Both the position numbers and the translations under genes were made by a program. This document shows positions 10,570 to 19,597 of a stretch of DNA of 64,000 nucleotides, piece by piece (position 1 is the first letter of the stretch; each line of letters begins with the position of its first letter). The notes under the pieces were generated by a model. It saw only the letters and a program-made list of their open reading frames with translations, was not told the origin of the DNA and made no database searches. Source of the DNA: Armatimonadota bacterium (GTDB lineage: Bacteria > Armatimonadota > SYMT01); assembly GCA_046292385.1 (NCBI GenBank), contig JBKBRF010000021.1, positions 1-64,000 of the forward strand, in the 5' to 3' direction.

Positions 10570-11160
10570 CTAATCGTGCCGCAGACCCTTCTTAGCTCCC
10601 GAAGCGTGCGGATCGAAGCCGGACGGCCAGTGGGTCTCGGTGTCGTAGAGGCAGTGATTCAGGTCGGCGCGGTGCAGGCGCGCCTCGCGAAGGTCGGTGC
10701 CCCGCAGATCCGCGCCCCGGAAGTTGACTGCGCGGAGATCCGCTCCCCGGAGGTCGGCACCGCGCAGGTCCGCCAGATGCAGGTCGGCCCGATGCATGTC
10801 CGCCCCGCGCATCGCGGCATGCTGGAGGTCCGCCCCGGAAAGCGCTGCCCCGATCAGGCTGGCGCCCGCCAGCGTGGGGCTCTCCACGGTGACGAGCAGA
10901 GCGCCGGTACGCCGGTGACTGATCTGGACTTCGGTCGGGAGCCGCGCGGTGTTTCCGCCCGCCGCGCGGGCCGCGGTGGTCACACTGGCCGAGGCCTTCG
11001 CCTTGGACGCGGCCGCCTTTGCCCAGGTCAGGAACTTCCGCGAGGCCTGGCATTCGGCGCAGACTTCGCCGAAGTTGTTGAAGCCGTTCCAGGTGGCGGG
11101 AGCTACCCGCACGGTGGTAACGTTTTCCTTATCCGCCCCGCACATTGCACAGATCTTCAT
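10570..11160 (-). CDS. pentapeptide repeat protein with N-terminal CxxC...CxxC motif
   Basis: Repeated ADLRG/ADLHL pentapeptides; CAMC and CAEC. Confidence 0.9.
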   Translation of the reverse strand: MKICAMCGADKENVTTVRVAPATWNGFNNFGEVCAECQASRKFLTWAKAAASKAKASASVTTAARAAGGNTARLPTEVQISHRRTGALLVTVESPTLAGASLIGAALSGADLQHAAMRGADMHRADLHLADLRGADLRGADLRAVNFRGADLRGTDLREARLHRADLNHCLYDTETHWPSGFDPHASGAKKGLRHD

Positions 11161-11258
11161 CTCGTTTATCCCTTTCCCGGTGACCGATTCGATTACCGGT
11201 TAGCCGGCAATCAGCATTACATTGTTCCCGCCAAAGGCGCCGCCCCCTGAACGGGAGA

Positions 11259-11540
11259 CTACCCGCGGCCGCCCGAGCCGCCCCGACCCCCGCCCCGGTC
11301 CTCACGCGGGCGGGCCTCGTTCACCGTCAGGGAGCGGCCGCCCAGCTCCTTGCCGTTGGTCCCGGAGATGGCGGCCTGCATCTGGTCGTCAGCGACTTCC
11401 ACGAAGCCGAAGCCCTTGGAGTTGCCGCCGTGATCGGTGATCACCGCGGCGCTGGTGGCGCCGTACTGGCTGAAAAGGGACTGGAGATCCTGCTCGGACG
11501 TGTCGAAGGACAGATTACCGACGTAAAGTCGTTTACTCAT
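11259..11540 (-). CDS. RRM RNA-binding protein (paralog 2)
   Basis: LYVGNL, KGFGFVEV, LTVNEARPR, RGG tail. Confidence 0.95.
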   Translation of the reverse strand: MSKRLYVGNLSFDTSEQDLQSLFSQYGATSAAVITDHGGNSKGFGFVEVADDQMQAAISGTNGKELGGRSLTVNEARPREDRGGGRGGSGGRG

Positions 11541-11638
11541 CTAGGCACCTCTCCGCCATCGAGCGTCGGGGCGGAAAAAGCGGCGCCGGGACGATCCCGG
11601 CGATCCATCTCAACGGCTCGCGCAGTCACCGGCCGCAG

Positions 11639-11685
11639 AAAAAGCGGCTCGCCCGATAGGCCGGTAAGGCACTATCGGGCGAGCC
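11639..11685 (-). terminator. terminator hairpin in the 5' leader of RRM gene 2
   Basis: 14-bp stem GGCTCGCCCGATAG/CTATCGGGCGAGCC followed by GCTTTTT. Confidence 0.7.
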
Positions 11686-11740
11686 AGCGGTTCTTCCGAT
11701 ATGACGAATGCTTTACAAGTCGAAGCTGAAATGTGTCTCC

Positions 11741-11769
11741 ACTCTACCCGGTATTGGGGGTCTTGACAA
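11741..11769 (-). promoter_or_regulatory. sigma70-type promoter of RRM gene 2
   Basis: TTGTCA-17 bp-TAGAGT. Confidence 0.65.
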
Positions 11770-11825
11770 GCGAGCGAGCATGGGCCGGGGGGGATTCCGC
11801 CCCAGCGGAAGTAACTGCGTGGGGG

Positions 11826-12359
11826 TCAGCCGGGCTCGCCGGCGCTCAGCGGAGTCGACTCCGGAGTGGTGGCGCGCGAGATTGCCTCGGAGAGCGACAT
11901 CTGCTCCCCTTCTACGGTCAGCAGCGCCATGATGGCGTCGGTCTCCGCCTCGCTCAGGGGAAAGTAGCGACCCTTTCCCCGGGCGTAGACGGTACCGTCC
12001 TGGTCCCGCACCTCCCCGCTCGCCTCCCAGATGCGGCCGCCGTGCCCCTCGCTGCGGCCCACCACGATCAACTCCCGGTCGGGCGGAATCAGCTTGAGGT
12101 AGCGCACCGTCAACTCCACGGAGACGCAGAAGCGGCCGGCTGCCACGCAGGGAGCCCAGCCCATCGTCTCGTCCAGTAGCGCCGCCACGATCCCGCCGTG
12201 GAGCCGCCCGGGGTATCCGGCGTGGAGCGGATCCGGCCGGTAGGTGGTGGTCACCGTCTCGCCTTCCACCCGAAAGCGCACGTTCAACCCCAGCGGGTTG
12301 GCATGCCCGCAGACATAGCAGAGCTCGTAGTTTGGGAGGGTGCCGTTCATACTCTCCAT
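11826..12359 (-). CDS. PaaI family thioesterase
   Basis: CYVCGHANPLGL, HGGIVAALLDE. Confidence 0.9.
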   Translation of the reverse strand: MESMNGTLPNYELCYVCGHANPLGLNVRFRVEGETVTTTYRPDPLHAGYPGRLHGGIVAALLDETMGWAPCVAAGRFCVSVELTVRYLKLIPPDRELIVVGRSEGHGGRIWEASGEVRDQDGTVYARGKGRYFPLSEAETDAIMALLTVEGEQMSLSEAISRATTPESTPLSAGEPG

Positions 12360-12462
12360 AGCTTGCCTGTCCTCTCATTTGGTTCCTCGCGGCTGCCGCA
12401 GCGGGTATAGATTATTCCTATTCGTTGTTGCCGGAGATATCGGCGGGACCTATAGTGGAGAC

Positions 12463-13437
12463 ATGCGGATCCTCGTCATCACCCCGGTCGCGCCCGGCTC
12501 CCTTCAGGGGAACGGCGTGACCGCGCGCCGCTGGGCGGGCTTCCTGCGCGAGCTCGGGCACGAGTTAGAGATCCGCAGCGACTACTCCGGCGAGCCGGCG
12601 GACCTGCTGATCGCGCTGCACGCACGAAAGAGCGCCCCCGCGGTGGAGCGGTTCCGCAGCCGCTTTCCTACCCGCCCGGTGGTGGTGGCGCTCACCGGAA
12701 CCGATCTCTACCACGACCTGCCGCAGAGCCCGCCGGCCCGCCGGTCGCTCGAGCTAGCCGACTACCTGGTGGTACTACAGCCGGAGGCGGTCGCCGCACT
12801 CCCCGATGCGGTGCGGAGCAAGGCCCGCGTGATCCTCCAGTCGTGCACGCCGCCTCCCGTGACCCCGGCCTCCAGGTACGACCGCTTTGAGGTCTGCGTG
12901 CTCGGCCACCTGCGCGAGGTGAAGGACCCGTTCCGGACTGCCGAGGCGGCGCGCCGGCTGCCTCCCGAGTCCCGCGTGGAGGTGGTCCAGGTCGGCGGCG
13001 CGCTCACGCCGGAGATGGCGTCGCGGGCGCGGCGGGAAGCGGCGGAGAACCCCCGCTACCGCTGGCTGGGAGAGCTGCCGCGCGAGGATGCACTCCTTCG
13101 CCTCTCAGGTGCCCGGCTGCTCTGCCTCACCTCTCGCCTGGAGGGCGGCGCCAACGCCGTCTCGGAGGCGCTGGTCTGCGGCCTGCCGGTGCTCAGCAGC
13201 CGGATCGACGGCTCCATCGGCCTGCTCGGCCCGGACTACCCGGGCTACCTTCCGGTCGGCGACACCGCCGCGCTGGCGGACCTCCTCCGGCGCGCCGAGA
13301 CCGACGCGGCGTTCTACGCCGAGCTGCAGGCTCGCTGCCGAGAACTGGCGCCCCGCTTCCACCCGGCCGCGGAGCGCGCGCGCTGGGAAGCGCTGCTCCG
13401 GGAGTGCGAGACGGCACTGCCCCGCCCCGCGAAGTAG
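12463..13437 (+). CDS. senB: selenoneine biosynthesis selenosugar synthase-like GT-B glycosyltransferase
   Basis: GNGVTARRW, IALHARKS, LTGTDLY, GHLREVKDP, SRLEGGAN match my recollection of the SenB (TIGR04348) family. Confidence 0.8.
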   Translation: MRILVITPVAPGSLQGNGVTARRWAGFLRELGHELEIRSDYSGEPADLLIALHARKSAPAVERFRSRFPTRPVVVALTGTDLYHDLPQSPPARRSLELADYLVVLQPEAVAALPDAVRSKARVILQSCTPPPVTPASRYDRFEVCVLGHLREVKDPFRTAEAARRLPPESRVEVVQVGGALTPEMASRARREAAENPRYRWLGELPREDALLRLSGARLLCLTSRLEGGANAVSEALVCGLPVLSSRIDGSIGLLGPDYPGYLPVGDTAALADLLRRAETDAAFYAELQARCRELAPRFHPAAERARWEALLRECETALPRPAK

Positions 13438-13554
13438 CGGGGGAGGAAAGTGCCTACCGCGCACGCGAACGCTCAGGACGCCGGCCCCGGCGGCGCGTCG
13501 CCGCGTCTCGCCCGAGCCGGTCCACACTCTTGAGAAGGAAGGAAGCTCGGTACG

Positions 13555-14433
13555 ATGCCTGTTGCCAAGCTCGCAGCCCTCTGCCTCGCCGCCTCGCTGG
13601 TGACGGTGGCGATGGTGGGCGCGGAGAACCGCATCCCCGCGGAACATAAGACGGTCGGGTTCGCCCTCGGCTGCCAGGCCTGGACCTGGAACCGCTTCAC
13701 CACTTACGAAGCGATCGAGAGGACCGCCGCCGCCGGCGGCAAGGTGATCGAGTTCTTCCCGGGCCAGAAGCTCAGCAAGGAAGAGCCGAACGTCACCTGG
13801 GACCACAACGCCTCTTCGGAAACGATCTCCAAGGTGCAGGAGCAGCTCCAGAAGCACGGGATCAAGGCGGTCAACTACGGCGTGGTCGGCGTGCCGGCAG
13901 ACGAGGCCGGCGCCCGCAAGATCTTCGAGTTTGCGAAGAAGCTCGGCCTGCGCGCGATTACGACCGAGTCGGTCGAGGCGATCGACACGATCGAGAAGCT
14001 GGTGAAGGAGTACGACGTGATGGTGGCGTTCCACAACCATCCGCGCCAGCCGAACAACCCCAACTACAAGGTCTGGGACCCCAGCTACATCCTCTCCGTG
14101 GTGAAGGACCGCGACCGCCGCATCGGCGCCTGCGCCGATACCGGGCACTGGGTCCGCTCCGGCATCAAGCCGGTCGACGCCCTCCGCATCCTGAAGGGAC
14201 GCGTGGTGAGCAGCCACCTGAAGGACCTGAACGAGTTCAGCCCGCGAGCCCACGACGTGCCGTACGGCACCGGCGTCTCCGATATCCCGGCGATCCTGGA
14301 GGAGCTGCGCCGCCAGAAGTTCGACGGCAACATCTCGGTCGAGTACGAGCACAACATGGAGCACTCGATGCCGGAGGTAGCGCAGTCGATCGGCTTCGTC
14401 CGCGGCTACGGCCAGGGCAAGGGCTGGAAATAG
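13555..14433 (+). CDS. secreted sugar phosphate isomerase/epimerase
   Basis: Signal peptide; AFHNH, CADTGHW, HLKD, SVEYE. Confidence 0.9.
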   Translation: MPVAKLAALCLAASLVTVAMVGAENRIPAEHKTVGFALGCQAWTWNRFTTYEAIERTAAAGGKVIEFFPGQKLSKEEPNVTWDHNASSETISKVQEQLQKHGIKAVNYGVVGVPADEAGARKIFEFAKKLGLRAITTESVEAIDTIEKLVKEYDVMVAFHNHPRQPNNPNYKVWDPSYILSVVKDRDRRIGACADTGHWVRSGIKPVDALRILKGRVVSSHLKDLNEFSPRAHDVPYGTGVSDIPAILEELRRQKFDGNISVEYEHNMEHSMPEVAQSIGFVRGYGQGKGWK

Positions 14434-14458
14434 CTCCCTGCTCCATCCCGCACTACCG

Positions 14459-14494
14459 AACGGCCCCGCGTCCCCCAGGGATGCGGGGCCGTTT
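14459..14494 (+). terminator. intrinsic terminator
   Basis: AACGGCCCCGCGTCC/GGATGCGGGGCCGTTT. Confidence 0.75.
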
Positions 14495-14611
14495 CGTGTC
14501 TACGACCTCTGCCGCAGGACACCCCTCCCACCAGGGTGAAAGGTAGAAAACAATTCCGGGCACGTCTCAGCCTATCTGCGATGGAAACCTGCCCGGGCGG
14601 AGTGGTTACTG

Positions 14612-15991
14612 ATGCGTACTCTTCTGCTCTCGCTCACGACCCTCGCGCTCGCCGGGGCCGCCGCGGTAGCGGCCGGCGAGCTCTCGGCGCAAACCGCCTC
14701 TTCCCCGGTTCGGGAGGCTCTCGAGGGCTACGTGCGCGCCGTCCGGGCCGCTGCCGCGGAGCAGGACCTGGACGCAAGATCCCGGCTTCGCTCCGAAGTG
14801 GACGATCTGGTCGCCGTGCTGGCAAGAAGTGTCGACGCGGCGGACGTGCCGGAGCTTCTGAGGGTGTTGGAGGAGGTGGGCGAGAGTGCGCCGGGCGGAG
14901 GGAATCTGGTCCGGCTCGCACAGCGGCACGGGAGCGAGGCTAAGTACGTGCCGGTGTTCGTGCGGATGCTCCGCAGGGATCCGGCTCCGCACCGGTGGCG
15001 CGGCCCGCTGCTCCGCGCCGTGGAGTCCTCGTCCCATCCGGACGCCGTGGCGCTGCTCCTGGAGGGGCTCCGCGATCCCGACGCCTCGCCGGATCTGCGG
15101 CGTTCCGCCTTCAACCATCTGGTTGCGACGGGCGGCGGCGCCGGACTCCGGGCCGTCCGTGCGGCACGCGGCGGCCGGGAGCCGCGGCGACCGTGGTATG
15201 AGCGGATCGATCCGGAGCAGCTGGGCGAGAGTAAGCGCCTGGCGGTGCGCGCCGACCGCCGGGGACGCACCTGGATGCTATTTCACGATCCAGTTCTGGG
15301 AGATCGCGACGATCTGTTCGTGGTCGAGCGGCAGGGGCTGGGCTGGGGACGTCCCCTCTTTACCGGCGAGAAGCGCTCTTACTTCGCCCGCGCCCCGCGG
15401 CCGCTTGACTTGCTCAAACCGCTCCCGGAGCCGAGCTTTCCCGACGACTGGATCGACCGCTTTTCGGAGAACCGGGAGATCCGCGCCGACCAGGACCGGG
15501 ATGGCCTGACCGACCTGGTGGAGCGGCGGTTCGGGACCGATCCGCGCAGTCCCGACACCGATCGGGACGGGATGGTAGACGCCGTGGACCCGTGTCCGAA
15601 CGCCGCGCCGCGGCAGCTCGGCGATAGCGAGAAGATCGTCGCCGCCGCTCTCGAGGCACTCTTCTTCGCACGGGAGCCGGGGCTTCCCGCCCTGCTGCAC
15701 GTCGAGAACATGGCGCCGTTCGAGATGTACGGCTTCCCGGACACGCTGCTGTGGGAAAGGCCCGATCGGAAGCACTCGCTGCGGCGGTTCAAGAACTACG
15801 GCAACTACCTGATTGGGGTGGGACCGCCGGACCGCTCCATCTACCCGGAGCTGATCGAGCTCAACGCCGCGCGGGATCGAGCGCGGGTGCAGGTCGGCTG
15901 GTCGTTCACGGTGCGGCACGGGAGCAGCTACGTGGTCACTCTCCGAAAGATCGAAGGCGATTGGTACGTCATCGACTCTTCCGAGGGATGA
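14612..15991 (+). CDS. secreted hypothetical protein with HEAT-like helix and DxDxDG Ca-binding (TSP3-like) repeats
   Basis: Signal peptide; DQDRDGLTD, DTDRDGMVDAVDPCP. Confidence 0.75.
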   Translation: MRTLLLSLTTLALAGAAAVAAGELSAQTASSPVREALEGYVRAVRAAAAEQDLDARSRLRSEVDDLVAVLARSVDAADVPELLRVLEEVGESAPGGGNLVRLAQRHGSEAKYVPVFVRMLRRDPAPHRWRGPLLRAVESSSHPDAVALLLEGLRDPDASPDLRRSAFNHLVATGGGAGLRAVRAARGGREPRRPWYERIDPEQLGESKRLAVRADRRGRTWMLFHDPVLGDRDDLFVVERQGLGWGRPLFTGEKRSYFARAPRPLDLLKPLPEPSFPDDWIDRFSENREIRADQDRDGLTDLVERRFGTDPRSPDTDRDGMVDAVDPCPNAAPRQLGDSEKIVAAALEALFFAREPGLPALLHVENMAPFEMYGFPDTLLWERPDRKHSLRRFKNYGNYLIGVGPPDRSIYPELIELNAARDRARVQVGWSFTVRHGSSYVVTLRKIEGDWYVIDSSEG

Positions 15992-16034
15992 GCGCGAACT
16001 CACCCGGGGTCGGCAGGCAGTCAGGAGGAGAGGG

Positions 16035-18560
16035 ATGATGAGAGGCCTGATACTGGCAGGCGGTGCCGCGGCGCTGGTCGCTGCCGGCTGCGCCGGACAA
16101 TCGTCCCCAAGGGTCGCCGCACCGGTGCCGAAAGCCGAGACGCCCTCCCGCGATCGCCTCGCCGGACCCCCGTTCGTGCGGCGCTGGACCCAGATCTCCG
16201 GACCGTTCACCGTGCCGATCGGCTCCCGCGGGAGCTTCCTCTACGCGCGTTCCGGGCAGGGGGTGTTCGCCGTCGACGTAGCGACCGGAGAGCGAGAGTG
16301 GCGGTCGCTGGGAGCCCAGGAGGTGGTCTCCGCCTGCCTGGCACCGGCAGCACTCTACGCGACGGTGACGCGCGAGCCCGCGCGGGGAGCCGTGATCCGG
16401 ATCGGGCTCCGGGATGGAAAGACCAACACTTTTACCAAGCTGCCCGCGCCCCCTACGGGACTGAGCGCAGACGAGAGGCGGCTCTACGTTTCGGACGATC
16501 AGCGGCGTCTCCGGGCCTTCGACCTCGCCACGGGCGCGCTCCGCTGGACTACGCAGCTCCCGTGGCGAGAGTCGCGCCGCCCCGCCGAGTTCCGCATCGT
16601 GCCCGTTAAGAACGGGCTTTACCTGGCCGCCGAGGAGGGCGAGCTCGGGGTTGACCCGGCCAGCGGAAAGGTCCTCTGGCAGCGAAAGGTCCGATACGCC
16701 GAGCTGTACCCGCCGCTGGTCGTCGGCGGTGACGTCATCACCCAGCACGGACGCCTCGCGCGGATCCGCGTGCGGACCGGAGACGTGGTCTGGAGAGGCG
16801 AACAGGGCGGCGGCGACGGAGTAGCGGTCGGCGGCGTGGTGATCCACAGCGCCGGAAGGAAGCTGCTTGCGTACGACGCCGCGACGGGACGGAAGCGGTG
16901 GCGCCTCGCTCTTCGCGACGCGGGTTCGGGGCACTACCCCTGGGGGGATCTGCCCACCGTGACGGACGGCCGCCGGGTCTGGTTCGAAGGGGCGGCGATG
17001 GTGTGCCTGACCGTCGACGGAAAGGAGCAGTGGCGGCAGGAAAGCCCGCTCACCGGAACGCCGGTCTACGCCGACTCCACGCGCCTCATCACGACAGACG
17101 GCGAGCGACTGCTGGCGTACACTTCCGGCTCACCCCCACCGCTCCCGACCGCGGATGAGGATCGCCGCGCCCTGGCGCGGAAGTGGGCGGGTGAATTCGA
17201 GCGCCTGGACGAGGCTGAACGGGAACAGCTCGCCAGGTTGACGCCGCACGTCTTCGAGCCGCTCCTCGCGCGGTATGTCGAGTGGTCGAAGGTAGACGCG
17301 GACGATCCGGAGGACGGCAGCCTCTACTACTCGCTCATCACCGATTCGCTCCCGATCCTGCGCGCCGCGTTCCGGCCGGAAGACACTCGCGCGGTAGTAG
17401 CGGCCGCGGATGAGCTGGATCCCTCTAACGACTACCAGCCTGCACTCATTGCACTGCTTCGGGATCGAGGCGGGGACGAGCGAGAGTACATCGCCGTCCT
17501 GTTGAAGAAGCTCCGGGCACTCCCTCCGAAGCAGCGCGGTTGGGCCCCCGAGGCGCTTTCCGCCGTCGCCCAGTCCGCACATCCGGATGCGGTGGCGTTC
17601 ATGCTGGAGACGCTGCGGGACCCCGCCGCCGAGCCGTCCTGGAGGCGCGCCGCCTTCACTCACCTGGCCGGGACCGGCGGCGAGGCCGGAGCGCGCGCCG
17701 TGCGGGAAGCGAAGCGGCTCCGGCAGGCGCTGAAGCCGTGGTATGAACAGGTGAAGCCCGGCGAGCTGGAGGGGCGGGAAAGGATCGCGGAAAAGCGGGA
17801 TAGCCGCGGCCGCACCTGGCTGCTCTTCCGCAGCTACGTCCTGGGCAACTACAGCGATCTCTTCGTGGTGGAGAAGAAGGCGGACGGCTGGGGACGGCCA
17901 CTCTTCACCGGAGTCTGGACCGAGCGGACCTTTCGGGAGCCGGCGCCGAAGGCGTTCCGCGGCATTCCGGTAAAGAAGCTGGTCGAGTCCGAGTGGATCA
18001 AGATCTTCCCCGACGATGCTGCCATCCGCCGCGACAGCGACGGCGACGGCCTGACCGACGTGGTGGAGGCGCGGCTGGGGACCGACCGATCGAAGGTAGA
18101 CATGGACCTCGACGGCTTCTCCGACGCCGTGGACCCCTGCCCCAACGCGGCCCCGCGGTCCCTCTCCGAAGTCGAGAAGGTGATCGCCGCGTGCCTGGAC
18201 GCCAAGTTCTTCGGATACGACGCGCTCCCCCCGGCGGTGATCGCGGTGGAAGGCGTGAAGGCATTCGAGCTGTACGGATATGCCGGGGTCGTGCTCTCGC
18301 CCGTTCCTGGGAAGGCGGCTTCCCTGTCGAGGGTCTACGGCGGGGGGATGAATACCATTGGCTTCACCAGCCCGGATTGGGGTCATTCCCGCGCCGGGAA
18401 GCAGCAGGCGCTGGTGGTGTTCAGCGAGGATGGCAAGACCGCCCGGACTACCATCTCCCGCTACAGCGGCGGCCTCAACGGCGAGGGCGAGGAGGCTACG
18501 CTGCGGAAAGTCGGCGACGACTGGTTCGTGGTAAAGCTCGAAGGGAAATGGGTTTCCTGA
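16035..18560 (+). CDS. lipoprotein with PQQ-like beta-propeller plus the same C-terminal module as the upstream gene
   Basis: Lipobox VAAGC; repeats AVDVATGEREW, AFDLATGALRW; DSDGDGLTD. Confidence 0.8.
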   Translation: MMRGLILAGGAAALVAAGCAGQSSPRVAAPVPKAETPSRDRLAGPPFVRRWTQISGPFTVPIGSRGSFLYARSGQGVFAVDVATGEREWRSLGAQEVVSACLAPAALYATVTREPARGAVIRIGLRDGKTNTFTKLPAPPTGLSADERRLYVSDDQRRLRAFDLATGALRWTTQLPWRESRRPAEFRIVPVKNGLYLAAEEGELGVDPASGKVLWQRKVRYAELYPPLVVGGDVITQHGRLARIRVRTGDVVWRGEQGGGDGVAVGGVVIHSAGRKLLAYDAATGRKRWRLALRDAGSGHYPWGDLPTVTDGRRVWFEGAAMVCLTVDGKEQWRQESPLTGTPVYADSTRLITTDGERLLAYTSGSPPPLPTADEDRRALARKWAGEFERLDEAEREQLARLTPHVFEPLLARYVEWSKVDADDPEDGSLYYSLITDSLPILRAAFRPEDTRAVVAAADELDPSNDYQPALIALLRDRGGDEREYIAVLLKKLRALPPKQRGWAPEALSAVAQSAHPDAVAFMLETLRDPAAEPSWRRAAFTHLAGTGGEAGARAVREAKRLRQALKPWYEQVKPGELEGRERIAEKRDSRGRTWLLFRSYVLGNYSDLFVVEKKADGWGRPLFTGVWTERTFREPAPKAFRGIPVKKLVESEWIKIFPDDAAIRRDSDGDGLTDVVEARLGTDRSKVDMDLDGFSDAVDPCPNAAPRSLSEVEKVIAACLDAKFFGYDALPPAVIAVEGVKAFELYGYAGVVLSPVPGKAASLSRVYGGGMNTIGFTSPDWGHSRAGKQQALVVFSEDGKTARTTISRYSGGLNGEGEEATLRKVGDDWFVVKLEGKWVS

Positions 18561-18585
18561 TCCACAGCCGCCCTGGCCGGCGCGG

Positions 18586-18807
18586 TTATCCGCCCTGAAG
18601 GCTAGCGTTCCAGTCCAGCGTAGCCCTGGCGAGTCGCCGCACCCGCTTGGGGTGCCGGTCCGCCAGGTTGTGCCGCTCCTCCGGGTCAGTGGACAGGCGG
18701 TAGAGCTGCGGGCGGGATCCATCCGTTTGCACCAGCAGCTTCCAGTCGCCTTCCCGCGCCGCCAGGTCCGGCCAGGGCCTGGCGGAGGATCCAGGAGCCG
18801 TACGTCG
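18586..18807 (-). pseudogene. C-terminal remnant of a sulfatase
   Basis: Translates LAAREGDWKLL...PQLYRLSTDPEERHNLADRHP...W; in-frame stop upstream and the N-terminal catalytic part is missing. Confidence 0.7.
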
Positions 18808-18877
18808 TCAGCGTTCCCTCGCCTCCCCGTGCGTGGCGGCAGCGTTCCGAAGCCGAGGCGCCTGAGCTCCCAGGCGT

Positions 18878-19143
18878 CCGGAGGAACAGCCGTAGGCTGT
18901 GCCGGAGGGCGGCACTTGTGACGGCCCCTGGGCGTCAGGGGCCGTCGCTCGACGGCGGCCGATTCAGCCCGTGAACCCAGACCCTGCTACGGTACAGCGC
19001 CGTGGCGCGGGAAGAGCGTTCCGAAGAGCACACCCGGAGCGGCCTGCTAACGGAGCGAAGCGGAGTGTGAAAAGGCCGCGGAGGGCCTTCGTTGCGGGAG
19101 GGCTGAAGCGGGCGACTAGGGCGCGGGGTCGGACCCTCGGCGC
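18878..19143 (+). repeat. structured dispersed element, copy 1
   Basis: Aligns with copies at 40389, 40713 and 50965; conserved hairpins and long-range helix. Confidence 0.85.
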
Positions 19144-19511
19144 CGACGCTGCCCTTCGGTTTGATACAGCTCCACACTCCGCCCGTCAGGATCCGATACA
19201 ACGGCCCGAAGTCCCCACTCGGTATCGGTCGGCTGGCTGCGCACATCTGTGCCGATCCTGCGAAGACGCAGCAGCGTGGCGTGGAGATCGCCCACGGCGA
19301 ACCCAAGGCGGAGGTCGCTGCGTTCCGCTGCGGCTCCCGACGGCAGCGGGTATAGCTCCAGCACCAGCTCGCCGAGACGGACAGAGTAATGCCGCGGACC
19401 GCTGCCGTGCTGCTCGGTACTGAGCTCCATGCCTACCGCGTGGTAGAAGTAGCAAAGCTCCTCCAGTCGCGCTGTCTTCAGCACCAATAAGGTCAGCATC
19501 ACGCTCGACAT
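19116..19511 (-). CDS. glyoxalase/bleomycin resistance (VOC) protein
   Basis: EQHGSGPRHY, VLELYP, RLGFAV, DPDGRSVEL. Confidence 0.85.
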   Translation of the reverse strand: MSSVMLTLLVLKTARLEELCYFYHAVGMELSTEQHGSGPRHYSVRLGELVLELYPLPSGAAAERSDLRLGFAVGDLHATLLRLRRIGTDVRSQPTDTEWGLRAVVSDPDGRSVELYQTEGQRRRRGSDPAP

Positions 19512-19534
19512 CGAGGCTCCCTCCACGACAGACG

Positions 19535-19570
19535 GCGAAGCCGGTCTCCCACACGAGAGACCGGCTTCGC
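19535..19570. terminator. hairpin downstream of the DUF2961 gene
   Basis: GCGAAGCCGGTCTC/GAGACCGGCTTCGC inverted repeat. Confidence 0.55.
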
Positions 19571-19597
19571 AGGAACGAACGCTCTCGAAGAGCGCTA

